The translations under genes and the position numbers were made by a program. From the NCBI GenBank assembly GCA_020724585.1, contig DYGS01000001.1, positions 219,139 to 283,138 on the forward strand: a stretch of DNA of 64,000 bases, given 5' to 3'. Shown in pieces: positions 27,773 through 37,333 of this stretch (the first letter of the stretch is position 1; each line of letters opens with the position of its first letter). This DNA comes from Candidatus Microgenomatus sp. (GTDB lineage Bacteria > Patescibacteriota > Microgenomatia > UBA8517). The notes beneath the pieces were generated by a model. That model ran no database searches. It saw nothing but the letters and a program-made list of their open reading frames with translations, and was not told the DNA's origin.

Positions 27773-28658
27773 ATTATTAACAGTATTAATTATACTTGGC
27801 TCGTTTTTATTTAGTGTTTTGGATGTTTTGGCGATTGAGCCCAGAATCTCCATTTCAAAACTACCAAGTTATATAAATAATGATAATTTCAAATTATCTT
27901 GTAGCGCCATTGGCGGCACCAATGTTCAATTTTCCTACAAAAAAGAAGGAGGGAGCTATCAAGATTTTGGCAGTGTAAATATTACAAGCAATCCATGCCA
28001 AATCCAGGTTACCGGCAGTCAAGTTAATGAACAGACAAAATATTATTTTAAAGTTACTTTAGATGGAAGCGTTTTTGATGAAACGGTCGCTATTTATGAT
28101 GTTTCAGGGCCATCTCCCGTGTCCGGATTTAGAATAGATAACGGTGATAACAATACTGTTATTATTCACTGGAGAAACCCCAATAATGAGGATTTTAGTA
28201 AAGTGATTATTTATCGGGGTGAAACAGCAGATTTTTCGGCAGATAGCAATCATGAAATAGCAACTGTTTTAGGGTCGCCAGATTCAGAGATGACTTATTC
28301 AGTGAATGTTGATTCATTAAAACTTTATTATGCAATAAGGGCTATTGATAAAGCAGGCAACTCATCAAGCCTTGTGGGTAATGGAGGCAGTATTTCAACC
28401 ACAGCAACTGTTTCTGCCAAACCTTCTAGCGGTCGAAATGAGACTGTAACAGCACTACCTAAAGAAGGAAGCGTCTTGGCTGAGGAAACATCCGTCCCTG
28501 AACCTTCTTCGCTTGATTTGAGAGAAAAAGAGGGATTAGTCAATAATTTAAGAGATTTGGTTTCTGATAATCCAAAAATCTCTCTTTACCTTGGCCTGGC
28601 CTTAGTTTTATTGGGAATTGTGATCTACTTTATTCGAACAAAAAAGAAAATCCGCTAA
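27765..28658 (+). CDS. Surface protein with FN3-like domain and C-terminal TM
   Basis: Signal peptide, 'IHWRNP', 'IYRG', 'YYAIRAIDKAGNSS', TM with basic tail. Confidence 0.8.
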   Translation: MSKLLTVLIILGSFLFSVLDVLAIEPRISISKLPSYINNDNFKLSCSAIGGTNVQFSYKKEGGSYQDFGSVNITSNPCQIQVTGSQVNEQTKYYFKVTLDGSVFDETVAIYDVSGPSPVSGFRIDNGDNNTVIIHWRNPNNEDFSKVIIYRGETADFSADSNHEIATVLGSPDSEMTYSVNVDSLKLYYAIRAIDKAGNSSSLVGNGGSISTTATVSAKPSSGRNETVTALPKEGSVLAEETSVPEPSSLDLREKEGLVNNLRDLVSDNPKISLYLGLALVLLGIVIYFIRTKKKIR

Positions 28659-28673
28659 AATATGCTAATATAA

Positions 28674-29630
28674 ATGCATATGAGTTTGATTGACAAACTG
28701 GTGCATTTATTAATCCCTCGGGAAAGCAATAATCATAAAGCTAAGATTTTACATCCATCAGGACTTTTTGCTCTGGCGTTATTTTTAATAATATTTCAAG
28801 GGGTGCTGGGATTTGCTGAAAAAAAAGCTCCATCTGTGCTTGGCTTTGCCGCTCAGATTTCAATTGATGAAGTTGTTGCTCTCACCAATTCCAAAAGGGC
28901 AGAAAAAGGTCTTCCGCCGCTAACTTTAAATCAAACTTTGTCATCAGCCGCATTTACCAAGGGCAGAGATATGATTGATAGGGATTATTGGGCTCATACA
29001 GCACCTGACGGCACAACGCCGTGGAGTTTTTTTAATCGTTTCGGTTATAAATACCGCTATGCGGGCGAAAATTTGGCTAGAGATTTTAACAGTGCATCAG
29101 CTGCTGTTGAAGCTTGGATGAATTCTCCAACACATAGGGATAATATTTTAAATCCTAAATATAAAGAGATAGGCATCGGAATTACAGAAGGTGATTTGGC
29201 AGGAAGCGACACAACTATTATAGTTCAATTTTTTGGTGCAACTTCAGGTACACAAGTTAGAGTTGCAGAAGCTGCTAGTACAACTCAAACTCCCGTGCTT
29301 GCAAGACAGGTATCACCAAGACCGACAGTTGTACCCACCCAAACTCTTGAGATAGTTGCCGCCAAACCTGTTGCATCTGCCGCCCCTGTCTTAATCACGA
29401 ATTTGCCTTTGGAGCAGGAAGATCAAAAAGTATTAATATCTCCTTTTAATACGACAAAAACATTATCATTTGGGGTTGCAGTTTTATTATTGGTCGTATT
29501 TTTGGCTGATGCTTATCTGGTGTCGAAGAGAAGAATTACAAGAATTGCGGGCAGATCATTTGCACATTTTATATTTTTGTTGATGTTGCTATCGATAGTT
29601 ATAATAATAAGGTCAGGACAGATATTGTAA
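28674..29630 (+). CDS. Membrane-bound CAP (SCP/YkwD) domain protein
   Basis: 'LTNSKR', 'DYWAH', 'AGENLA', 'WMNSPTHRDNIL', 'EIGIG'. Confidence 0.92.
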   Translation: MHMSLIDKLVHLLIPRESNNHKAKILHPSGLFALALFLIIFQGVLGFAEKKAPSVLGFAAQISIDEVVALTNSKRAEKGLPPLTLNQTLSSAAFTKGRDMIDRDYWAHTAPDGTTPWSFFNRFGYKYRYAGENLARDFNSASAAVEAWMNSPTHRDNILNPKYKEIGIGITEGDLAGSDTTIIVQFFGATSGTQVRVAEAASTTQTPVLARQVSPRPTVVPTQTLEIVAAKPVASAAPVLITNLPLEQEDQKVLISPFNTTKTLSFGVAVLLLVVFLADAYLVSKRRITRIAGRSFAHFIFLLMLLSIVIIIRSGQIL

Positions 29631-29633
29631 ATT

Positions 29634-29894
29634 ATGGAAAAATTTAAAAAGCATATACCTCATTATTTCCCGCTTGCTGGAATTTTGGCGGCGGGGATTT
29701 TTGCATTCTATTTTTTTTCATATGATAGGTTTTTTCAGATAGGGGTAGTAGTCGCTCTTGCCATGGCTTATGTTTCATGGGGAGTGATACACCACACCAT
29801 CCATAAAGATATAAGTTTGGGGGTAGTTTTGGAATACTTGGCAGTTGCGGTTTTAGGTGTTATTATGCTCTTGTCATTGATTTTTAGGAGCTGA
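29634..29894 (+). CDS. Small membrane protein (3 TM)
   Basis: Three hydrophobic helices, 'WGVIHH'. Confidence 0.75.
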   Translation: MEKFKKHIPHYFPLAGILAAGIFAFYFFSYDRFFQIGVVVALAMAYVSWGVIHHTIHKDISLGVVLEYLAVAVLGVIMLLSLIFRS

Positions 29895-29916
29895 TGGGGT
29901 AGCATACAGAAAATTT

Positions 29917-30774
29917 ATGAAGGGTATAATTTTGGCAGGAGGAAGTGGTACAAGGCTTTACCCTATTACTCGGGCCATCAGTAAACAACTAATGCCCATT
30001 TTTGATAAGCCAATGATTTATTACCCTCTTTCCACTCTTCTATCAGCAGGAATTAATGAAATATTAATAATATCAACACCAGAGGACATACCACTTTTTA
30101 AAAGACTTTTGGGTGATGGTAAAAATTTAGGTTGTAAATTTAGTTACAAAGTTCAAGAAATGCCAAGAGGTCTTGCTGATGCTTTTATCGTTGGCGAAGA
30201 TTTTATTGGGAAAGACAAAGTAGCAATGATTTTAGGAGATAATATTTTTTATGGATCACAAATTGATAACGAACTTTCAAAATACACTAATATTGATGGG
30301 GCTTTAGGCTTTGCAGCTTATGTCAAAGATCCACAAAGGTATGGTGTTTATGAATTTGATAAAAATATGAATGTTGTATCAATTGAGGAAAAGCCTAAAA
30401 GACCTAAAAGTAATTATGCAAATTCAGGACTTTATTTTTTTGATAACAATGTTTCAAAAATTGCCAAACATGTGGCACCAAGTAAAAGAGGCGAAATTGA
30501 AATAACAAGCGTATTAGATAGTTATTTAAAGCAAGGTAACTTAAAAGTATGTTTACTTGAAAAAGGTACCGCATGGCTTGATACGGGTACTTTTGACTCT
30601 ATGATGAAAGCCGCACAGTTTGTACAAGTAATTGAAGAAAGGCAGGGGATTAAAATTGGATGCATTGAAGAAATTGCCTATAAAAAAGGATTTATAAATA
30701 AAAAACAACTTAAAAAATTAGCAGAAAGCCAGATAAAAAGTGGTTATGGAAAGTATTTATTAGATTTAATATGA
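29917..30774 (+). CDS. rmlA: Glucose-1-phosphate thymidylyltransferase
   Basis: 'MKGIILAGGSGTRLYPIT', 'SKQLMPIFDKPMIYYPL', 'RGEIEIT', 'WLDTGT'. Confidence 0.97.
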   Translation: MKGIILAGGSGTRLYPITRAISKQLMPIFDKPMIYYPLSTLLSAGINEILIISTPEDIPLFKRLLGDGKNLGCKFSYKVQEMPRGLADAFIVGEDFIGKDKVAMILGDNIFYGSQIDNELSKYTNIDGALGFAAYVKDPQRYGVYEFDKNMNVVSIEEKPKRPKSNYANSGLYFFDNNVSKIAKHVAPSKRGEIEITSVLDSYLKQGNLKVCLLEKGTAWLDTGTFDSMMKAAQFVQVIEERQGIKIGCIEEIAYKKGFINKKQLKKLAESQIKSGYGKYLLDLI

Positions 30775-31772
30775 GAAATATATTAGTAACAGGTGGATGC
30801 GGATTTATTGGAAGTAATTTTATTGGTTACTGGCTTAAAAAACATCCAAAAGATAAAATAATAAATTTAGATAAACTAACTTATGCTGGCCATTTATCTT
30901 CTACAAAAGCGTTCTCCGAACTAAAAAATTACAAATTTGTAAAAGGTGATATTTGTGATGAAAAAGTAGTTGATAGATTGATGAAAGGAGTTGATATTGT
31001 TGTTCATTTTGCTGCTGAAAGCCATGTTGATAGATCTATTAAAGATCCAAATGTTTTTATCAAAACAAATATGCTAGGAACTGCAAATTTACTAAATTTT
31101 GCATTAAAACATAATGTAAAAAGATTCCATCATATTTCAACAGATGAAGTTTTTGGTGAATTGCCTCTTGGAAAGGGAAAATTTGACGAGAAAACTCCAT
31201 ATGACCCAAGAAGCCCATATTCTGCAAGTAAGGCCTCATCAGATTATTTAGTGAGGTCATACTACCACACATTTGGGTTACCTATAACAATTTCAAATTG
31301 TTCAAATAATTATGGACCATATCAAGACACTGAAAAATTTATACCAAGAATGATCACAAACATAATGAAGGGTGATCCGGTTTTAATTTATGGTGATGGA
31401 AAATATGTTCGTGATTGGCTTTTTGTAGAAGATCATGTCAGGGCAATCGAATTAATAATTAAAAAAGGAAAAATTGGAGAAACTTATTTGGTTGGAGGGC
31501 AAACAAAAGATGTTAATAATCTACAAATTGCAAAGATAATATTAAAAATTTTTGGCAAAGATTTTAAGTCTAATATTAAATTTATCAAGGATAGACCGGG
31601 ACATGACAGAAGATACGCAGTTAATTGGGTAAAAATAAATAAAGAATTAGGCTGGAAACCAAAGCATAATTTTGACAAATGGTTGCAAAAGACAGTTGAC
31701 TGGTATATAAAGAATGAGTGGTGGTGGGGTGATATGAAAAAAGTGTCTGAAAAGTTTTACGCGAAGCGATGA
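30771..31772 (+). CDS. rmlB: dTDP-glucose 4,6-dehydratase
   Basis: 'TGGCGFIGSNF', 'DKLTYAG', 'AAESHVDRS', 'STDEVFG', 'YSASK', 'DRPGHDRRYA'. Confidence 0.97.
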   Translation: MRNILVTGGCGFIGSNFIGYWLKKHPKDKIINLDKLTYAGHLSSTKAFSELKNYKFVKGDICDEKVVDRLMKGVDIVVHFAAESHVDRSIKDPNVFIKTNMLGTANLLNFALKHNVKRFHHISTDEVFGELPLGKGKFDEKTPYDPRSPYSASKASSDYLVRSYYHTFGLPITISNCSNNYGPYQDTEKFIPRMITNIMKGDPVLIYGDGKYVRDWLFVEDHVRAIELIIKKGKIGETYLVGGQTKDVNNLQIAKIILKIFGKDFKSNIKFIKDRPGHDRRYAVNWVKINKELGWKPKHNFDKWLQKTVDWYIKNEWWWGDMKKVSEKFYAKR

Positions 31773-31791
31773 AATACGCAAAGCGATGAAA
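31758..31791 (+). repeat. 17-bp tandem duplication spanning the rmlB stop codon
   Basis: tacgcgaagcgatgaaa / tacgcaaagcgatgaaa. Confidence 0.8.
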
Positions 31792-31804
31792 TATTCAAAA
31801 AAAT

Positions 31805-32383
31805 ATGGGATTTATTAAAACAAAAAACGATTCGATAAAACTTCCAAAAAATATTGACTTGTATCAACAAACCTATGATAAGCAAGAATTGCCTGATGGT
31901 GTTGTAATAATAAAACTTAATGTTTTTTTTGATGATCAGGGGGGCTGGTTTAAAGAAGCTCTAAGAATAAATGATAAAGGCAATGTTGAGTCGCTAGAAT
32001 CTCAAAATATAGAATTTAAAATAAAGCAAACGAATGTTTCATACTTAGGTGCTAATGCAAAAAGATTTTGGCATATACATCCTAAAACAAAAGAAAATGT
32101 AGGGCAAAATGAAATTTGGACAACAAACAATACTCTACTTCTTGGAATGATAGATTTAAGAAAAGATTCTAAAACTTATAATATGAAATCAAAAATTGTC
32201 CTGTCATCTGAAAAGGCTGTTTATATTCCTTCGGGTGTTGCACATGGACTTCTAAACCCAAATAATTATCCTGTAACTCTTATTTATTACACTGACCAAT
32301 ATTTTTCAGTTGAAAATACACAAGAATATAGAATTGACCCTAAAGATTTAAGTTTTGACTTTATAGAACCCGAATTAATGTAA
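31805..32383 (+). CDS. rmlC: dTDP-4-dehydrorhamnose 3,5-epimerase family (RmlC-like cupin)
   Basis: 'DDQGGWFKE', 'RFWHIH', 'IDLRKDSKTY', 'YIPSGVAHG'; rml context. Confidence 0.85.
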   Translation: MGFIKTKNDSIKLPKNIDLYQQTYDKQELPDGVVIIKLNVFFDDQGGWFKEALRINDKGNVESLESQNIEFKIKQTNVSYLGANAKRFWHIHPKTKENVGQNEIWTTNNTLLLGMIDLRKDSKTYNMKSKIVLSSEKAVYIPSGVAHGLLNPNNYPVTLIYYTDQYFSVENTQEYRIDPKDLSFDFIEPELM

Positions 32384-33273
32384 TGAAAATATTAATAACT
32401 GGTGCATCGGGATTGGTAGGTTCTAGATTTGTTGATTTATATCCAGAAAAAGAAAAGTTATTGATACCTGAACTTGCAGAATTAGACATAACTTCATTAG
32501 AAAGTGTCAAAAAATATTTTGATGAGAATAAACCAGAAGCTGTGATTAATTTTGCTGCATTTACGAATGTTGATGGAGCAGAAAAAGAAAGAGGGGATGA
32601 AAATGGAATTGTTTGGAAACTAAATGTTGAAGGTGTAAAAAATTTAATTGAAGTATGTAAAGAGAGGGATATATTTTTAGTCCAAATTTCTACAGATTTC
32701 GTTTTTATAGGTGATGAGCCTGATGCGGGGCCATATTCTGAAGACAAAAGTTTACCAGAAAGTAATGAAGGGATTGGTTGGTATGGTTGGACAAAGAACA
32801 GAGCAGAAAAGTTACTCAACGAATCTGGGATTGATTTTGCCATTGTGAGAATTGCATATCCTTTTTATGGTGCAAATTATGATGGAAAATTAGATTTTGC
32901 CAAAGGATTTTTAAAACTATTTGATGAGGGTAAACTGTATCCAGTCTTTTCTGATCAAATACATTCAGTATTAAATGTAGATTATTTAGTTGAACCATTA
33001 ACAAAGATTGTGAAAGATAAAATTAGAGGAACTTTCCATATTGTTACTAGTGATACAACTACACCATTTGAATTTGTAAATTATCTGTTAGAAAAGGCTA
33101 GAGGAGCTAAAAATGTTTTACAAAAAGGATCTATGAAAGAATTTTTAAGTAAAGAAGGAAGAACTCCAAGGCCTAGGTTGGGGGGATTAAAAACTGAAAT
33201 TACAGAAGAAAAATTGGGCGTTACACTAAAAACTTGGAGAGAAATGGTTGATGAGTTTGTTAAAACTATTTAG
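32383..33273 (+). CDS. rmlD: dTDP-4-dehydrorhamnose reductase
   Basis: 'ITGASGLVG', 'AAFTNVDGAE', 'ISTDFVF', 'YGWTK'. Confidence 0.9.
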   Translation: MKILITGASGLVGSRFVDLYPEKEKLLIPELAELDITSLESVKKYFDENKPEAVINFAAFTNVDGAEKERGDENGIVWKLNVEGVKNLIEVCKERDIFLVQISTDFVFIGDEPDAGPYSEDKSLPESNEGIGWYGWTKNRAEKLLNESGIDFAIVRIAYPFYGANYDGKLDFAKGFLKLFDEGKLYPVFSDQIHSVLNVDYLVEPLTKIVKDKIRGTFHIVTSDTTTPFEFVNYLLEKARGAKNVLQKGSMKEFLSKEGRTPRPRLGGLKTEITEEKLGVTLKTWREMVDEFVKTI

Positions 33274-33934
33274 ATTTTCTCCACTTTTCAATCTTTGGGT
33301 GGTTGCCGGTTAGGAGGATTTCTGGGACTTTCCAGTTATTGTAAACTTCTGGTCTTGTGTATTGGGGATACTCTGTGTCTAAATTCGAAGCACGAAATCC
33401 GAAATTCGAAAAAGATTCCTCTGCAAGAGATTCTGGTTTTATTACATTTGGTATAAGCCTTGTGACAGCGTCAGTTATTACCATTGCAGGTATTTCACCA
33501 CCTGTTAGGACATAATCACCAATTGAAATAACTTCATCCACTAAATTTTCATGTACTCTATGGTCAACTCCTTCATAATGACCACAAATTAAAGTCAATT
33601 CGTCTAATTTTGAATATTCATATGCTTTTTTTTGGGTAAATTTTTCCCCACCTGCATCCAAAAGTATTATTTTTGATTTTTTGAGTTTTTGATTTTTTGA
33701 GTTTTTTAGGCTTTGTATAGCGGAGTCGATTACATCCACTCGGAGGATCATCCCAGCCCCACCACCATATGGTCTATCATCAACCGTTTTTCTTTTATCT
33801 ATCCCAAATTGTTTCAAGTCAACAATGTTTAATTTTAAAAAATTTTTGTCTTGGGCTCTCCACATGACAGAATGATTAAGCGGACTACCCACGAACATTT
33901 TTGGAAACAGAGTTAATATATTAATTTTCACCAT
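33266..33934 (-). CDS. trmD: tRNA (guanine-N1)-methyltransferase TrmD (start may be GTG at 33931)
   Basis: 'ILTLFP', 'VDDRPYGGGAGM', 'CGHYEGVDHR', 'SIGDYVLTGGE', 'YPQYTRP'. Confidence 0.97.
   Translation of the reverse strand: MVKINILTLFPKMFVGSPLNHSVMWRAQDKNFLKLNIVDLKQFGIDKRKTVDDRPYGGGAGMILRVDVIDSAIQSLKNSKNQKLKKSKIILLDAGGEKFTQKKAYEYSKLDELTLICGHYEGVDHRVHENLVDEVISIGDYVLTGGEIPAMVITDAVTRLIPNVIKPESLAEESFSNFGFRASNLDTEYPQYTRPEVYNNWKVPEILLTGNHPKIEKWRKSK
33379..33411. repeat. 7-bp tandem array within trmD
   Basis: ctaaatt cgaagca cgaaatc cgaaatt cgaaa. Confidence 0.65.
33670..33709. repeat. 8-bp tandem array within trmD
   Basis: tttttgat tttttgag tttttgat tttttgag ttttttag. Confidence 0.7.
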
Positions 33935-33971
33935 TGTATTTTACCAGCTGTGGGTATAAATTAAAAATTGT

Positions 33972-35093
33972 ATGCAGAGAGTTGTGATTGTTATGCCAGC
34001 TTGGAATGAGGGAGAATCGATAGCAAAAATGGTCGATGTTCTTTTTAATAACGAATTTCCCAAAATCGATGCCGAAATGCACTTGCTGATAGTTGATAAT
34101 CATTCTCAAGATGGGATGACAGAGACAGTTACAAAATTAACTCAAAAATACAAAAATTTAAAAATTATACAGCAGGAAAATAAAGGTCTTGGTTGGGCAT
34201 ATGTTACAGGGATGGAGTACGCGATGAAAAATTTAAAAGCAGATGCTATTTTGGAAATGGATGCCGATTTCCAGCACCCACCAAGATTTGTAAAACCAAT
34301 GGTAGACGCATATTTATCAGGTGCTGAATATGTAATCGGTAGTAGATATGTCAAAGGTGGCTCGATTCCTGGGCAGTGGGAGCTTCTAAGAAAGGCAGTT
34401 TCTTATTTTGGGAATCTTTTTATAAGGGTTGTACTGTTGAAACCTTGGATCCACGATTTAACAACCGGATTTAGACTGGCAAAAGTTAAAGGTGTTCTCG
34501 ATAAAATTGACCTGCGAAATTTAATGGAACTTAATAGGTTTGCTTACAAAGTTGATCTATTATATCAATGCATGAAGTTTTCCAAAAAAACAGTTGAAGT
34601 GCCGCTTCAATTTGAGCCAAGAAAAACTGATAGATCGAAATTTAACCCCAAGGAAATGATATCAACTTTCAAAGTAGCAATAATACTTGGGATAAAAGAT
34701 AAAATTAAGTTTATTAAATTTGCGATAGTTGGAGGAACGGGATTTATTGTCAATTTCATAGCCCTTAGATTATTTAGAAATTTAGGGCTAACTGAAACCC
34801 TGTCTTGGGCTTTTTCTACAGAACTTGCAATTGTTAATAACTACATTTTTAATAACATTTGGACTTTTAAAGATCAAGAAATAAAAGGATTAAAGCAAAC
34901 TTTAGTTAAATTTTTCCAGTTTAACCTAACTTCAGCTGGTGCACTTTTAATTCAGTCTATTGCAGGTCCAATTGGAGTTAGACTTGTTGGTGTTCAATAT
35001 GACGCTTTAGTATTGGCCTTTATAGTACTATTTTTGGTGCTTCCATATAACTTCACAATGTATAACCTAGTAATTTGGAGGAAGAAAAAGTAA
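33972..35093 (+). CDS. Polyprenol-phosphate sugar synthase (DPM1-like GT2) fused to a GtrA-like membrane domain
   Basis: 'VMPAWNE', 'MDADFQHPP', 'GSRYVKGG', 'DLTTGFR'; C-terminal 'KFAIVGGTGFIVN...NYIFNNIWTF'. Confidence 0.9.
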   Translation: MQRVVIVMPAWNEGESIAKMVDVLFNNEFPKIDAEMHLLIVDNHSQDGMTETVTKLTQKYKNLKIIQQENKGLGWAYVTGMEYAMKNLKADAILEMDADFQHPPRFVKPMVDAYLSGAEYVIGSRYVKGGSIPGQWELLRKAVSYFGNLFIRVVLLKPWIHDLTTGFRLAKVKGVLDKIDLRNLMELNRFAYKVDLLYQCMKFSKKTVEVPLQFEPRKTDRSKFNPKEMISTFKVAIILGIKDKIKFIKFAIVGGTGFIVNFIALRLFRNLGLTETLSWAFSTELAIVNNYIFNNIWTFKDQEIKGLKQTLVKFFQFNLTSAGALLIQSIAGPIGVRLVGVQYDALVLAFIVLFLVLPYNFTMYNLVIWRKKK

Positions 35094-35109
35094 GTTTTAA
35101 AATATTTTT

Positions 35110-35934
35110 ATGCTTTTTAGTGAATCTCAAATAAGAGAACGCGAAGACAACTTTTACAAGGAACTCATTAAATTATATTTAAAATATGGATCTGTTGATA
35201 CTATATTTAAAGTTAAAAAATATAATCTTCCAATTTCATATCCGTCACTTCATAGGCTTATTAAAAGATGGGGAATAGTAAAATCAGTGGGACCAAATAG
35301 CAAACTTTCTGAAACTTTAACTATTTTAAATTTAATGACAAAACATCAAAGCATTGATAGATTGTATAAATCATTGCCGTTATCATTTCAAACATCATTA
35401 ACAAGTCTTCATAGAATTGCACATAATATAAAAGAAGGATTAATTACAAGATATGGTACAGCCTTAGTAATAACACTTAATAACAAAAATAAAATTTTGG
35501 TGGGATACGATAATAAAAATAAAGCCCTAACAATTCCCATGACCTACTCCTCGCCAAAAGAAAGTCCTAAAGAATCAATTTTAAGAGTGTTACAACAAGA
35601 AGTTTATACAGATTTAGCAGTTGAGAAAAAGTTGCCAAAAAAAATTATACCCAAAAAACCAAAACCCTTTATGCATTTATTAATAGGGAATATTAAAGTA
35701 TCTGTATATCAGATTGAACTTGCAAAAAAATATTTGGAAAATTTTAAATTTTCAAGCTACAAAGTTACAAACCATAAATTTATGAATATAGACGAAATTA
35801 CTAACTTAAAAATATCTGTTAGATTGGGAGTAAAAGAAATTATTAAGTATTATTACGATTCTTCGTTTGATACTACTACTTCAACTTTTTCAGTTACATT
35901 TGCGCCGTCTTTGGTTACAATTATGGGGAGTTGA
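35110..35934 (+). CDS. Hypothetical protein, putative HTH plus degenerate NUDIX fold
   Basis: Repeated 'ISYPSLHRLI'/'TSLTSLHRIA' helices; Nudix-box-like 'ESPKESILRVLQQEV'. Confidence 0.55.
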   Translation: MLFSESQIREREDNFYKELIKLYLKYGSVDTIFKVKKYNLPISYPSLHRLIKRWGIVKSVGPNSKLSETLTILNLMTKHQSIDRLYKSLPLSFQTSLTSLHRIAHNIKEGLITRYGTALVITLNNKNKILVGYDNKNKALTIPMTYSSPKESPKESILRVLQQEVYTDLAVEKKLPKKIIPKKPKPFMHLLIGNIKVSVYQIELAKKYLENFKFSSYKVTNHKFMNIDEITNLKISVRLGVKEIIKYYYDSSFDTTTSTFSVTFAPSLVTIMGS

Positions 35935-36071
35935 TGTAATGGGTGAATTGAGGTTTTATGCCCATCTTTACAAAACGGCTTGGGAGGAAAGACAGGGTGA
36001 CCTTTTTCACATAAAACACCATTCATTGACAATCGTTGTTTTCTAGTTCTCCAAAACCTAGGAATTTCCAT
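35853..36071 (-). CDS. Small DUF35-N-like zinc-ribbon protein
   Basis: 'MEIPRFWR...C.KGH.VFPPKPFC' resembles DUF35 N-termini; TATATT 5 nt upstream. Confidence 0.65.
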   Translation of the reverse strand: MEIPRFWRTRKQRLSMNGVLCEKGHPVFPPKPFCKDGHKTSIHPLHQLPIIVTKDGANVTEKVEVVVSNEES

Positions 36072-36174
36072 GTGAGAATATACTTTAACCCTTAGTTGTT
36101 ACCAGAAGCTATCAAGTTTGGTAAAGTCGGCTTTACTAGATTATTTATAAACAGTTATTAAAATAATAGATAAT

Positions 36175-36390
36175 ATGGAAAAGTGTGACAAAAAGGGTAT
36201 AATTGTCGAGCCTGAGTCAACATTTGAAAGTATGATGAAGCTTTGGGAACAGGTAAATGAGTTGGAAGATGTTAATCCTGACTTGGGTGTGGCATGTACG
36301 GTTTGGTTTTTTGAAAAATTAGAATCAATTAAAGACGGTGAATTGGTTAAAAAGATTAGAAGACAAATTTTTCCTTATTTAGAACAATAA
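36175..36390 (+). CDS. Small hypothetical protein
   Basis: 71-aa ORF ending 2 nt before the next gene. Confidence 0.55.
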   Translation: MEKCDKKGIIVEPESTFESMMKLWEQVNELEDVNPDLGVACTVWFFEKLESIKDGELVKKIRRQIFPYLEQ

Positions 36391-36392
36391 AA

Positions 36393-37088
36393 ATGTTAGA
36401 CATAAAAATACATGACTTTCAAATATCAATTTTAAAAGAGTTGCTTTTTAAGCCTAATGCACGGTTTAGAGATTTGAAAAAGTTTGACGTAACAAATGAT
36501 CATTTTACCTTCCATGTTAATCATTTGGTTAAAGAAGGATTAGTAATAAAAGAAGATGGCAGATACAGTTTATCTGATGAGGGTAAAGAATTTGCCAATA
36601 GAATGGATACTGATTCGCTTAAACTCGAAAGACAAGCAAAGTTAGCAGTCGCCCTGCATGCAGTCAGAATCAAAAATGGAAAAAGGGAAATTTTAATACA
36701 TCAACGACTTAAAGAACCTTTTTATGGTTGGTATGGTTCACACTCTGGAAAAATAAGATGGGGAGAAACTCCATTAGACTGTGCAGTTCGTGAATTTAGG
36801 GAAGAAACCGGACTTCACGGCGACTTTACTTTAAAAGGGATTGTTCACTATCACCACTTTCATGTAGACGGAAGGCTTTTAGAAGATAAATATTTTTGGG
36901 TTTATAAAATTGAAAATGTAAAAGGAGAATTAAAAGAAGTTGTTCCTGAAGGTAAAAATATTTGGATGGGAGAAAGGGAATTTAAAAAATTAAAAAATAC
37001 TTTCGCAACTTATGCTGAAATAGTGGATGTAATTGATTCAAAACGGATAGTTTGTATAGATAGAAAAAGAATGGTTCAAGAATATTAA
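36393..37088 (+). CDS. Winged-HTH plus NUDIX hydrolase fusion
   Basis: 'ARFRDL...FTFHVNHLVKEGLVIKEDGRYSLSDEG' (wHTH) and canonical Nudix box 'GKIRWGETPLDCAVREFREETGL'. Confidence 0.88.
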   Translation: MLDIKIHDFQISILKELLFKPNARFRDLKKFDVTNDHFTFHVNHLVKEGLVIKEDGRYSLSDEGKEFANRMDTDSLKLERQAKLAVALHAVRIKNGKREILIHQRLKEPFYGWYGSHSGKIRWGETPLDCAVREFREETGLHGDFTLKGIVHYHHFHVDGRLLEDKYFWVYKIENVKGELKEVVPEGKNIWMGEREFKKLKNTFATYAEIVDVIDSKRIVCIDRKRMVQEY

Positions 37089-37089
37089 T

Positions 37090-37332
37090 ATGATAAAAGA
37101 TCGCCCTCCACTTGGTGATGGTATAAACATTAGGTATTATGTCGTGTGTAACACCTGTCTCGGTATTAGAGAAGAAGATGGTGCTTTTATGGATCCACCC
37201 AACACGATTTTAGATTTCGACAATAGAACTACACGAGAAGAAGCTTTGCGAATTGCTAAATCCCACGAGAAAGAGTATTTGCAACGGGGACATGATCATG
37301 AGATTGAGGTACGAGCTGTTGCTGAATACTAA
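37090..37332 (+). CDS. Small putative zinc-binding protein
   Basis: 'VVCNTC...AKSHEK...GHDHEIEV'. Confidence 0.6.
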   Translation: MIKDRPPLGDGINIRYYVVCNTCLGIREEDGAFMDPPNTILDFDNRTTREEALRIAKSHEKEYLQRGHDHEIEVRAVAEY

Positions 37333-37333
37333 T

